From contig JAFGDE010000015.1 of the NCBI GenBank assembly GCA_016932255.1, positions 29,694 to 93,693 on the forward strand: DNA of 64,000 nt. Reading direction: 5' to 3'. The DNA is from Candidatus Saganbacteria bacterium (lineage in GTDB: Bacteria > Margulisbacteria > WOR-1 > O2-12-FULL-45-9). Positions 18,212 to 26,127 of this stretch are shown piece after piece; position 1 is the stretch's first letter, and each line of letters opens with the position of its first letter. The position numbers and the translations under genes were made by a program. The notes below the pieces were generated by a model. It did not search any database. It was not told the origin of the DNA and saw only the letters and a list, made by a program, of their open reading frames with translations.

Positions 18212-18345
18212 TTGGTCCGGCCCTTCCCCTGCTTCAACCCTGACAGTTTCTTGATCGCCTTGCTCAAGGAAACATTGGCTGACTTGAGATCGGTGTAGAT
18301 CGAAACGATCTTCTTTTGCGAATGGCTCTGCTGCTTCTTTGCCAT
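18208..18345 (-). CDS. unannotated 45-aa Lys-rich ORF, possible paralogue of 10061..10198
   Basis: Codon-by-codon translation gives MAKKQQSHSQKKIVSIYTDLKSANVSLSKAIKKLSGLKQGKGRTN, then TAA. AGGAGGG SD overlaps the stop of the porin gene. It shares MA.KK and DLxS(x6)KAIK with the other 45-aa ORF. Confidence 0.45.
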   Translation of the reverse strand: MAKKQQSHSQKKIVSIYTDLKSANVSLSKAIKKLSGLKQGKGRTN

Positions 18346-18357
18346 TAATTATCCCTC

Positions 18358-20691
18358 CTAGAACGTCACGGACAACGCTGTGGCAATATTCAACTCATTC
18401 TGCTGGGCCAGCGTGTTATCAATGGTCTGCGTTAGGCCAACACTCAGATAGGCTCCGCCAAAGACCTCACAGTTATAATAAATATGGCCGGCGTTAGTCT
18501 CATTGACATTGTCGCGCGTCACGCAGATCAAATCAAGGCCGACCGTTTGTTTGGCGTCAGGATTATAGAGGGTGCGTACCAGATAGCTTTCGGTGTTCTG
18601 GCCCGGGAAGAAAAAGTCAGTTGTGTCGGTCAGAGTACTTAAGTAGTAATCATCCCCGATTACCTGGTAACCAAGTGACAATGAATAGCCGTAATCCTCA
18701 GAGTAATAAGTAGCCGCGTACTGGACCGCATTAAACCCGTCCTTGCCTGAATAACCAATGCTCGGCAGAACCGATGGATCCGAAAAATCCAGGCTCGCCT
18801 GTTCCAAGCTGAGCTCAAAAAGATCTATCACGTTGAACTTCAGTCCGACATAAGCCTGGGTCACGTTAGTGTTAAGCGTCTGCGTAAAATCAGGATCAGG
18901 CAGGTCAGTCAGCAAGCTGGCTCCCAGAGTGAGCTCGACCCAGTCAAACCCTCCTGGCAGTTTAGGAGAAAGACTTAAGGTCCCGAACTTGCTGTCCTGC
19001 TTGATATCACCCAGATAAGCCAGCTTACCAAAGATAGAATTGAGATTGAATAATTGTTGGTCATAGTTGACCAATATAAAATCTGAGGATGTGTCCATAT
19101 AGATGCTGTTGCCAAAAGGGGTATAACCCTGATAATAACTAGTCCGACCCGCCTGGATCATGACCGGCGAAAGATTGATCAAGGCATAAGCTTGGTCCAG
19201 ATAAGGGTAACTTGATCCTGTCGAGCCAAAATCATAATTGCCCGCAACAGCAGCAAAGACCGACAAGACCCGGCCCAGGTCGCGGTTGAGGAACAGCATC
19301 AAAGTTTGCGAAGCGCCTGCGTCAGTATAACTCTGACCGTAACTTTCATTGGTCGCATATTGATCAAGATAGATATCGGTGCTCAAGTATAGACTAAAAC
19401 CGTAATCTGCCGGTTCTTCAACCACGATCTCGCGTGCTTCTTCCAGCTTAAGGTAGATCGCTTTGATCAAGTTGACCGTGAAATAGCACAGCTCATATTT
19501 ATTGACATAGTCGGGACCATCGAATCGCTGGTTCGACCCGCCGTCCAGAACGCCCAGCCAGATAAGCTTCTGGACTGTGGGATAGGCAAAATGCTCGGAA
19601 GAAACATCCGCGTAACCAAGCGATACCGGCGCGCTCTTGAAGTCGATCGTTCTGCCCAGGATATGCTCCATGGCGGAAAAAATAAAATAGACCATTTGAT
19701 ATCGGCTAATGCGGCGGTCGCCGTAGAACAGTTCGCGCCGATTACCCGCTGGGATAACCTCTGCCGCGATCATCTTTTGGACCGCCCGGTAAGCGTAGCT
19801 GCTGGATGGCACATCCTTGTATGATAGAGCCGGACTGGCCAGATCGAGCTGGCCCAGGATCTGCTCGATCATGTCACTGATAAAACTGATCAAAAGATAG
19901 CGATCGATCAGCTGGTCACCGTTAAAATCCCATCCCCCCCCTGGCGGCAAAATGCCAACCTCGACCAATTCCTCTATGGCCGGCCTGGCATAATTATCCT
20001 CGGGTATATCAAGATAGCCTTCAGCGGCCCGGCTTTCGGCCTTGACCGGCTCCTCTTCCTGGGGAAGATAATAATCAATGATCCGGCTGGCAAAGATAGC
20101 CATTTCATAACGGGAGATCGGTTGTTCCCCTCTCAAGTAGCCGCCGCCATTTAGCAAGCCGGCTCCGATCAATTTATGTATAAAAATATAATAAGGACTG
20201 GTCTGAGGCAGATCGAGAAAACCGGCCCCCGGTGCCGCCACAGGCAATGTGCCGCCTTCAATTTTTTCTAAAAAAGACGCGAAATATGAATAAAACGTAA
20301 GCCGGTCTAACTTAGCCTGGCCATTGAACTTCTCTGCTTCAGGCACACTGAACACTCCCAGCTTGACCAGGTCGCTGACCGCAGCATAAGCATAATGATC
20401 TTTCGGGATATCATTGTAAAAAGAGGTCAGGGCCACTTCCTTGAGCTGGTCGGTCTTACCGGTATATTTCAGGATCCCATCAAGCAGGGAAGCAAACTGG
20501 TACATGGTAGCCGTCTGGCCGCCGTTGAACTTCTTATCCTGCGGCAAGCTAATGATCCCTGTCTTGAGCAGTTTTTGCACCGCCAGATAAGCCGAAGCGT
20601 TAGCGCGGGGCACATCAGTGAAGCCTTGCGACCAGGCCAAAGAAGTCAGAACCATGATCGCCAGCAAAAGAATCAGCAATTTCCGTTTCAT
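18358..20691 (-). CDS. SLH-domain outer-membrane beta-barrel protein (OmpM/Slp-type porin-anchor)
   Basis: Signal peptide MKRKLLILLLAIMVLTSLAWSQG (ATG 20691 preferred over 20733). Six SLH-like repeats, e.g. FTDVPRANASAYLAVQKLLKTGII, YNDIPKDHYAYAAVSDLVKLGVF, YKDVPSSSYAYRAVQKMIAAEVI. The C-terminal ~370 aa are beta-strand-like and end ...ALSVTF. Confidence 0.75.
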   Translation of the reverse strand: MKRKLLILLLAIMVLTSLAWSQGFTDVPRANASAYLAVQKLLKTGIISLPQDKKFNGGQTATMYQFASLLDGILKYTGKTDQLKEVALTSFYNDIPKDHYAYAAVSDLVKLGVFSVPEAEKFNGQAKLDRLTFYSYFASFLEKIEGGTLPVAAPGAGFLDLPQTSPYYIFIHKLIGAGLLNGGGYLRGEQPISRYEMAIFASRIIDYYLPQEEEPVKAESRAAEGYLDIPEDNYARPAIEELVEVGILPPGGGWDFNGDQLIDRYLLISFISDMIEQILGQLDLASPALSYKDVPSSSYAYRAVQKMIAAEVIPAGNRRELFYGDRRISRYQMVYFIFSAMEHILGRTIDFKSAPVSLGYADVSSEHFAYPTVQKLIWLGVLDGGSNQRFDGPDYVNKYELCYFTVNLIKAIYLKLEEAREIVVEEPADYGFSLYLSTDIYLDQYATNESYGQSYTDAGASQTLMLFLNRDLGRVLSVFAAVAGNYDFGSTGSSYPYLDQAYALINLSPVMIQAGRTSYYQGYTPFGNSIYMDTSSDFILVNYDQQLFNLNSIFGKLAYLGDIKQDSKFGTLSLSPKLPGGFDWVELTLGASLLTDLPDPDFTQTLNTNVTQAYVGLKFNVIDLFELSLEQASLDFSDPSVLPSIGYSGKDGFNAVQYAATYYSEDYGYSLSLGYQVIGDDYYLSTLTDTTDFFFPGQNTESYLVRTLYNPDAKQTVGLDLICVTRDNVNETNAGHIYYNCEVFGGAYLSVGLTQTIDNTLAQQNELNIATALSVTF

Positions 20692-20713
20692 TGCGGCTAT
20701 TATAGCATAAAAT

Positions 20714-20742
20714 TTGACGGCTCCAGGCGTCAATGATATAAT
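20714..20742 (+). promoter_or_regulatory. consensus-like promoter immediately upstream of the DUF1015 gene
   Basis: TTGACG (20714-20719), 17-nt spacer, TATAAT (20737-20742). GTG 20752 follows 9 nt later. Confidence 0.5.
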
Positions 20743-20751
20743 GCGGTCGCT

Positions 20752-22092
20752 GTGGTCAAGATATTCCCTTTTTCAGGCATCACCTATAATAAGAAAAGGC
20801 TGAATAAGCCTGACAAAGTATTTACCCCGCCTTACGATGTCATCTCCGAGCAAGAGCAAAAGGAATTCTATGACCAGCATGACTTTAATTTTATCCGGCT
20901 GAACCTGGGCATGGAATTCCCCGGGGATGGCGAGTATAACAATAAATATATCCGCTCAGCCGCTTTCCTTGATGGCTGGTTAAGACATGAGATCCTGGTC
21001 CGGGAAGACAAACCGGCCTATTACGTTTATGAGCAAAAGTTCAAGATTGGCAGTAAGCAATACTCCCGGATCGGTTTTATCGGCCTGCTCCGGCTCGAGG
21101 ACATGGGCCGCGGCAAGGTCTATCCGCATGAAGAGACCCACCCCAAGGCCAAGATAGACCGTTTGCAGCTGATGCGTACCACCTCAGCCAACCTGGAATG
21201 CATCTTCTGCCTTTACAGCGACGAAAAGATCAGGATCAATAAAGAATTGAAGAAATTCATGAAACGCAAGCCCCTGCATGAGGCCACGGATAAGGACAAG
21301 GTCAAGCACCGGCTTTGGAAAGTTGATCGCAAGGCCTCTATCCTTAAGATCACAAAAGAAATGAAGGATAAAGCGGTCTTTATTGCTGATGGTCACCACC
21401 GCTATGAAGCTGCCCTACGCTATAAGAACGAGCTTAAAATGAAGAACACGAAATTCACGGAAGAAGAAGCTTACAATCACGTGATGATGTATTTTACCCC
21501 GCTGGAGGATAAAGGGCTTGTTGTCCTGCCGATTCACCGCCTGGTCAGGAACCTGTCTTATTTTGAACCAGCCAGGTTCGAACAGCAGCTGGCGGAATTT
21601 TACAAAGTAAAGCCTTATCCTGCTAATAAAAAGAACAGCAAGAGCGTCAGGAAGAAACTGCTCAAGGACCTGACCAAACACGGCGAAAATGCCCATTGTT
21701 ACGCCCTTTATTTAGGCAAGAACCGTTATTATCTGCTAACTTTAAAGGATGAAAAGATCGTTGAGGACATGGTCGAAGAAGAAAAACCTAAAGCCTGGAA
21801 GCGGCTCGATACCACGATCCTGCATTACACGGTCTTTGACAGCATTTTGGGCATCGCGGCTGAAACCGAGGAAAAGGTCGTTTACTTCAAGGATGCAGAC
21901 AGCGCTATGGACGCGGTCGACCAGGGCAAAGGCCAGGCCGCTTTTCTGCTCAACCCGACCTTGATCGAGCAAATTACCGCTATTGCTTCCAAATTAGAGA
22001 AGATGCCGCAGAAGTCTACTTATTTCTATCCTAAACTGCTTTCCGGCCTGGTCATCAACAAGATCGAACACGGCGAAAAGATCACTTACTAG
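20752..22092 (+). CDS. DUF1015 family protein
   Basis: N-terminus VKIFPFSGITYN...VFTPPYDVIS...NFIRL and FIADGHHRYEAAL are typical of DUF1015/COG4198. Confidence 0.75.
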   Translation: MVKIFPFSGITYNKKRLNKPDKVFTPPYDVISEQEQKEFYDQHDFNFIRLNLGMEFPGDGEYNNKYIRSAAFLDGWLRHEILVREDKPAYYVYEQKFKIGSKQYSRIGFIGLLRLEDMGRGKVYPHEETHPKAKIDRLQLMRTTSANLECIFCLYSDEKIRINKELKKFMKRKPLHEATDKDKVKHRLWKVDRKASILKITKEMKDKAVFIADGHHRYEAALRYKNELKMKNTKFTEEEAYNHVMMYFTPLEDKGLVVLPIHRLVRNLSYFEPARFEQQLAEFYKVKPYPANKKNSKSVRKKLLKDLTKHGENAHCYALYLGKNRYYLLTLKDEKIVEDMVEEEKPKAWKRLDTTILHYTVFDSILGIAAETEEKVVYFKDADSAMDAVDQGKGQAAFLLNPTLIEQITAIASKLEKMPQKSTYFYPKLLSGLVINKIEHGEKITY

Positions 22093-22222
22093 ACCTTCTC
22101 GTAATGTATGATCCTCTCCTTCAACCAATTCCACTTCAACCAGGCCTGCAGCTCTTCTGACTTCATGTATATCTCTCTGAGCTGGTTAGCCGGTAAGTGA
22201 TAGACTACTCGATACATGCCAC

Positions 22223-23749
22223 TCACCTCCCTTTTCTGTCCAATGTCCTGTATTGGGTCGCCTCAGCCACATGAGCAGAAGTAATAAGGTTAGACCCCTC
22301 CAGATCGGCAATGGTTCTGGCCAGTTTGAGTATCTTGTCATAAGCCCGGGCCGAGAGTTTGAGGTGAACAATGGCCGATTTGATCATTTTTTCAGCTTCT
22401 TTGTCCAAGCCGCAGAATTGCCTGATCTGCTTCGGGGTCATAAAGGCATTGGCAAAGGTCGGGGTATCGCGGAAACGCTCGCTCTGGACCTGCCGGGCCT
22501 TGATCACCCTTTGCCTGATCAAAGCCGAAGGTTCGCCGACCGGCAGACTGGCAACTTCTTCAGTGGAGAGCCGGGCAACCTCTAGCTGGATATCTATCCT
22601 GTCCAGCAAAGGCTCAGAGAGCTTGCGCCAATAGCGCTGGACCTGGGATGGCGAACAGACGCAGGATCGCTCCTTATCATAGAGCCGGCCGCAGGGACAG
22701 GGGTTCATGGCTGCCAGCAACATAAATCGCGCCGGATAGGTCAAGGCGGCCTGGGCCCGGGAGATCGTGACCTTGCCATCCTCAAGTGGCTGGCGCAGTA
22801 CCTCAAGCACTGCCCTGTCAAATTCCGGGAACTCGTCAAGAAAAAGGACCCCGCGGTGAGCCAAGCTGACCTCACCTGGCCTGGGAATGCGGCCGCCGCC
22901 GACAATACCGATGTCTGAAGTCGTATGATGCGGCGAACGGAACGGCCGCTGATTAAGCAAACTCCCCTTGCCGCTGAGCAGGCCAGCCACGGAATAAAGG
23001 CGCGTTACTTCCAACGCTTCGGTTAATGTTAACGGCGGCAGGATGCCGGCCAATCTCCGCGCCAGCATGGTCTTGCCTGAACCGGGAGAACCGACCAATA
23101 GCAGGTTGTGGCCACCGGCGGCCGCGACCTCAAGCGCTCTTTTAACATGTCCCTGGCCTTTGACATCAGCCAGGTCAAGCAAATGTTCCGGCAAATGCCC
23201 GAGCAGGGCCTGGACATCGACCCGGTGAGGCTCGATCTCTATCTTGCCTGAGAGAAAATCGGCGGCCTGCCGCAGGGAATCGATCGGAATGACCTCAACA
23301 TCCTGTATCAAAGCGGCTTCATCCGCATTCTGGCGCGGCACCAACACCTGTTTGACCCGGCGGCTCAGCGACTGACAGATAGCCAACACTCCGTTGACAG
23401 CCCTGACCCCTCCGTCAAGCGACAACTCTCCCAGGATAACCTGGCCGTTGAGTTTTTCCCGGCCGATCTGTTCTGAGACCATCAGTATGGCCAGCGCGAT
23501 CGGCAGGTCATATAATGGGCCTTCTTTTTTTGTGTCAGCCGGCGCCAGATTGATCGTGAAATAGCCTGGCGGGGATTCAAAACCAGAATTTTCAATGGCT
23601 GACCTGACCCGATCGCGCGATTCCCTGATCGCTGCGTCCGGCAAACCGACGATCGACTGCCCCGGCAAACCCCGGCTTGAATCAACTTCGACATCGATCT
23701 GATAAGCTTCGAGCCCTAGGACCGCGGCGCTGGTGATCTTAACGAGCAT
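22223..23749 (-). CDS. comM: YifB/ComM family Mg-chelatase-like AAA+ ATPase
   Basis: N-terminal Lon-like domain (AAVLGLEAYQIDVEVD), Walker A GSPGSGKTMLA, LFLDEFPEF, C-terminal Mg_chelatase_C region. Confidence 0.9.
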   Translation of the reverse strand: MLVKITSAAVLGLEAYQIDVEVDSSRGLPGQSIVGLPDAAIRESRDRVRSAIENSGFESPPGYFTINLAPADTKKEGPLYDLPIALAILMVSEQIGREKLNGQVILGELSLDGGVRAVNGVLAICQSLSRRVKQVLVPRQNADEAALIQDVEVIPIDSLRQAADFLSGKIEIEPHRVDVQALLGHLPEHLLDLADVKGQGHVKRALEVAAAGGHNLLLVGSPGSGKTMLARRLAGILPPLTLTEALEVTRLYSVAGLLSGKGSLLNQRPFRSPHHTTSDIGIVGGGRIPRPGEVSLAHRGVLFLDEFPEFDRAVLEVLRQPLEDGKVTISRAQAALTYPARFMLLAAMNPCPCGRLYDKERSCVCSPSQVQRYWRKLSEPLLDRIDIQLEVARLSTEEVASLPVGEPSALIRQRVIKARQVQSERFRDTPTFANAFMTPKQIRQFCGLDKEAEKMIKSAIVHLKLSARAYDKILKLARTIADLEGSNLITSAHVAEATQYRTLDRKGR

Positions 23750-23757
23750 TTTCCCCT

Positions 23758-24126
23758 CTACCTGATAAAGAAAGCATTGCGGTAATGTTCAACGACCTTT
23801 TGCCCGTTGCTCTTGCGGAAAATAGTCAGCACATCAAAGCGGCAGTTGACCGAATGGAGCATCCTTTTAATGAGGTAGGTACGCGCCGCATGAATGATGC
23901 TGTCACGCTTGCTTTTACGTACTGCCGCAACAGGCGACCCGTAGGATCTGAAAGAATAATTCTTGACCTCGACAAAGACCAGCATCTCCCGGTCCCAGAC
24001 GATCAAGTCTATCTCACCCTGCTGGGAACGGAAGTTCCTGGTTTCGATGCGGTAGCCAATATCTTTTAAGTAATCTTCTGCCAGCGCTTCGCCTCTGCGT
24101 CCGCTCATGTAACTTTTCATACCCAT
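23758..24126 (-). CDS. yraN: YraN family (UPF0102) endonuclease-like protein
   Basis: GEALAEDYLKDIGYRIETRNFRSQQGEIDLIVWDREMLVFVEVK. The track start 24144 is a TTG inside repeat copy A. ATG 24126, 24120 or 24108 are more likely. Confidence 0.8.
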   Translation of the reverse strand: MGMKSYMSGRRGEALAEDYLKDIGYRIETRNFRSQQGEIDLIVWDREMLVFVEVKNYSFRSYGSPVAAVRKSKRDSIIHAARTYLIKRMLHSVNCRFDVLTIFRKSNGQKVVEHYRNAFFIR

Positions 24127-24129
24127 GAT

Positions 24130-24276
24130 GGAACAAGGCAGCAAGGTTATTGCCAGCTAATGGGTTCTGGGGACTAGGTTCTGGGTTCTATACGTTTTTA
24201 TTATAAGAAATAGATTTTTTAAATAATCCCAGAACCCACTCACCCAGAACCTGCCTGCTGGCAGGCAGGCCTAGAA
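24130..24276. repeat. composite inverted-repeat element, copy A (GGGTTCTGGG / CCCAGAACCC arms, A/T core)
   Basis: ggaacaaggcagcaaggttattgccag...gggttctggggactaggttctgggttcta-[A/T core with tttttattataag]-atcccagaacccactcacccagaacc. It is homologous to copies at 52500..52625 and, inverted, 59071..59199. Confidence 0.8.
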
Positions 24277-24317
24277 CAAAAAAGTGTCTCAATCCCGCCA
24301 CCCGCGGTCAATTTGCT

Positions 24318-24360
24318 AAAAAGAAACCCCCTATCTTCAGGAAACCTGGAAAATAGGGGG
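24318..24360 (-). terminator. rho-independent terminator of the HU gene
   Basis: On the minus strand: CCCCCTAT...ATAGGGGG stem (24360-24353 / 24334-24327) followed by TTTCTTTTT, 15 nt after the HU stop. Confidence 0.7.
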
Positions 24361-24375
24361 TTATGAAAGCCTGTA

Positions 24376-24648
24376 TTAGTTGAGCTGGTCGAACAAGTTC
24401 TGCCCCATGGAGAACTTGGCGACGTTGCGGGCCTTGATCGTCATGGTCTTGCCGGTCTGCGGGTTGCGGCCTGGGCGCGCTTTGCGCTTCACCTTTTTCC
24501 ACGTACCGAAACCAACGAGCCTGACCTCCTTGCCCTTTTTCAAAGAACTGCTGATATTATCAAAGGTCGAATCCAGCATGGCCATGACCTTTGATTTAGG
24601 CATCTTTGTCTGTTTGGAGACCTGGTTGCACAACTCCTGTTTGTTCAT
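24376..24648 (-). CDS. hup: HU/IHF family DNA-binding protein
   Basis: MNKQEL...VRLVGFGTWKKVKRKARPGRNPQTGKTMTIKARNVAKF; 90 aa. Confidence 0.9.
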   Translation of the reverse strand: MNKQELCNQVSKQTKMPKSKVMAMLDSTFDNISSSLKKGKEVRLVGFGTWKKVKRKARPGRNPQTGKTMTIKARNVAKFSMGQNLFDQLN

Positions 24649-24723
24649 CGATTCACCTCCTCCTTTTGCTTGAAATGATAACAGAGCACTTTCCTCAATG
24701 TCAAGCCAATCTAAGAACTCCGC

Positions 24724-26127
24724 TTAAGCGTCCAGCGTGCCTTTTTTCACGTGCAGCTGTTTAAGCCGCTTGTTCTTCTGCTCGAGCTGCTTGCCGGACA
24801 AGGGATAAAAATAGATGATCAACAGCGCCAGCAATAAAGCGGCGATAGGCAACCCGGCGATCAGCCAGCGCAGCCCCCTGGCGAACTCAACCGTCTGAGT
24901 AAAGACATAAGGATTGTAACCTGTTGAAACAAAGATAAATCCCATGCTGGCAGCTTCCATGGCTATAGCAAAACGGGTGATAAAAGCATTGGCGCCGAAG
25001 TACATCCCCTCACGCCTGGTGCCTGTCCTGATCTCATCCTCATCAATGATATCGGCCAGCAGCAGATCGACGATCAGGATAAAGCCGGCCAGGCCTACGC
25101 CAATGAATGATGCCGCCAGCAGCGCGGCACCGAATGAATTGACAAAGAACAGCGGCAGCAGCGCTGCCGCCAGAAAGACCATCGCGGCCATAAAGGTCTT
25201 TTTAGGATCGAACCAGACTGTCAATTTATCCCAGACATAGAGCATCGGTATGGCGATCAAAAAAGCCGCGGCTAGGATAGCGGCCGTTCCGCTGGCCCCT
25301 TCATCAAGGATATATTTGGCAAAGAAAGGGATCGTGGCCAGGATCAAGGTAAAACTGTACTGGACAAAAAGATTGGCAAAAACAAAGGTCAGGAAAGAAC
25401 GGTTGCTCAGCGTGGCCTTGAACGACGGCCATAGTCCTAACTGCCTTTCCCGGCTGTACTGGATGTGTTCGTGACTGCCGGACAAAGCAATGAACAAGGA
25501 AACTGTAATGATCGCTCCAAAGATCAAGCCCAGCCAGCCCCAACCCAGCGTGCTGTAGATCAGCGGCGGGATAGCGATGCCCAGTACCAAGCCGACCATG
25601 CCCAGGCTCTGGCGCAGGGCGTTGACATCGGCCCGTTCCTTGAGCGAAGGGAACATCTCTGGAAAGAGGGACGCCCAGTTCAGCACTGTAAAAGTATAAA
25701 ACAGGTCGAAAAGACAGATAAAACCGAGAAAATAAATGAACAGCCAGGTGACCTGGGCAAAATCAGTGAACGGCGGCATCCAGAGCAGCCAGTAAACCAG
25801 GCCGAAAGGAATAGCGCCCAGTGCTATATAAGGTATGCGCCGGCCCCAGCGGGAATGGGTGTGGTCCGAGATATAGCCGGCCAGCGGATCGTTGATCGCG
25901 TTCCAGATGCCGTAGATAAGCATAGCGATGGCCGCCAGATAGGCGGGCAGTTTGACTACGTCAACATAGAAAAAGATTATGTAAGTGGAAAAGGCCTGGT
26001 AGGACAGCGCCGTGGCCACGGCGCCAAAACTGTAGGCGAATTTGCCTGGTCTTTTCAACAGAACTCTTCTACCTTTCTTCTTAGAGGGCACGGGTAAGCC
26101 TATAGATCGATCGCTTCCATCGGGCAC
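24724..26127 (-). CDS. MFS transporter, glycoside-pentoside-hexuronide (GPH) type
   Basis: 12-TM profile and the GPH loop motif GYISDHTHSRWGRRIPYI. A GTG near 26089 is a likelier start, because ATG 26127 overlaps the upstream ferredoxin ORF. Confidence 0.8.
   Translation of the reverse strand: MPDGSDRSIGLPVPSKKKGRRVLLKRPGKFAYSFGAVATALSYQAFSTYIIFFYVDVVKLPAYLAAIAMLIYGIWNAINDPLAGYISDHTHSRWGRRIPYIALGAIPFGLVYWLLWMPPFTDFAQVTWLFIYFLGFICLFDLFYTFTVLNWASLFPEMFPSLKERADVNALRQSLGMVGLVLGIAIPPLIYSTLGWGWLGLIFGAIITVSLFIALSGSHEHIQYSRERQLGLWPSFKATLSNRSFLTFVFANLFVQYSFTLILATIPFFAKYILDEGASGTAAILAAAFLIAIPMLYVWDKLTVWFDPKKTFMAAMVFLAAALLPLFFVNSFGAALLAASFIGVGLAGFILIVDLLLADIIDEDEIRTGTRREGMYFGANAFITRFAIAMEAASMGFIFVSTGYNPYVFTQTVEFARGLRWLIAGLPIAALLLALLIIYFYPLSGKQLEQKNKRLKQLHVKKGTLDA

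Noticed and set aside
22093-22222. Small minus-strand ORF after comM (MYRVVYHLPANQLREIYMKSEELQAWLKWNWLKERIIHYEKV, about 42 aa) with a faint RelE/ParE-like YRVVY motif
   Set aside because: It is too short, has no partner antitoxin ORF and no SD. The resemblance rests on five residues.
24130-24276. The GGGTTCT-containing repeats as a CRISPR array or tRNA-like genes
   Set aside because: They are three dispersed single copies tens of kb apart, not a tandem repeat-spacer array. There is no cloverleaf, no conserved tRNA boxes and no cas genes in the window.
25465-26097. 210-aa plus-strand ORF inside the MFS transporter gene
   Set aside because: It is antisense to a clear 12-TM transporter. Its composition is Arg/Gln/Gly-rich and no motif is present.
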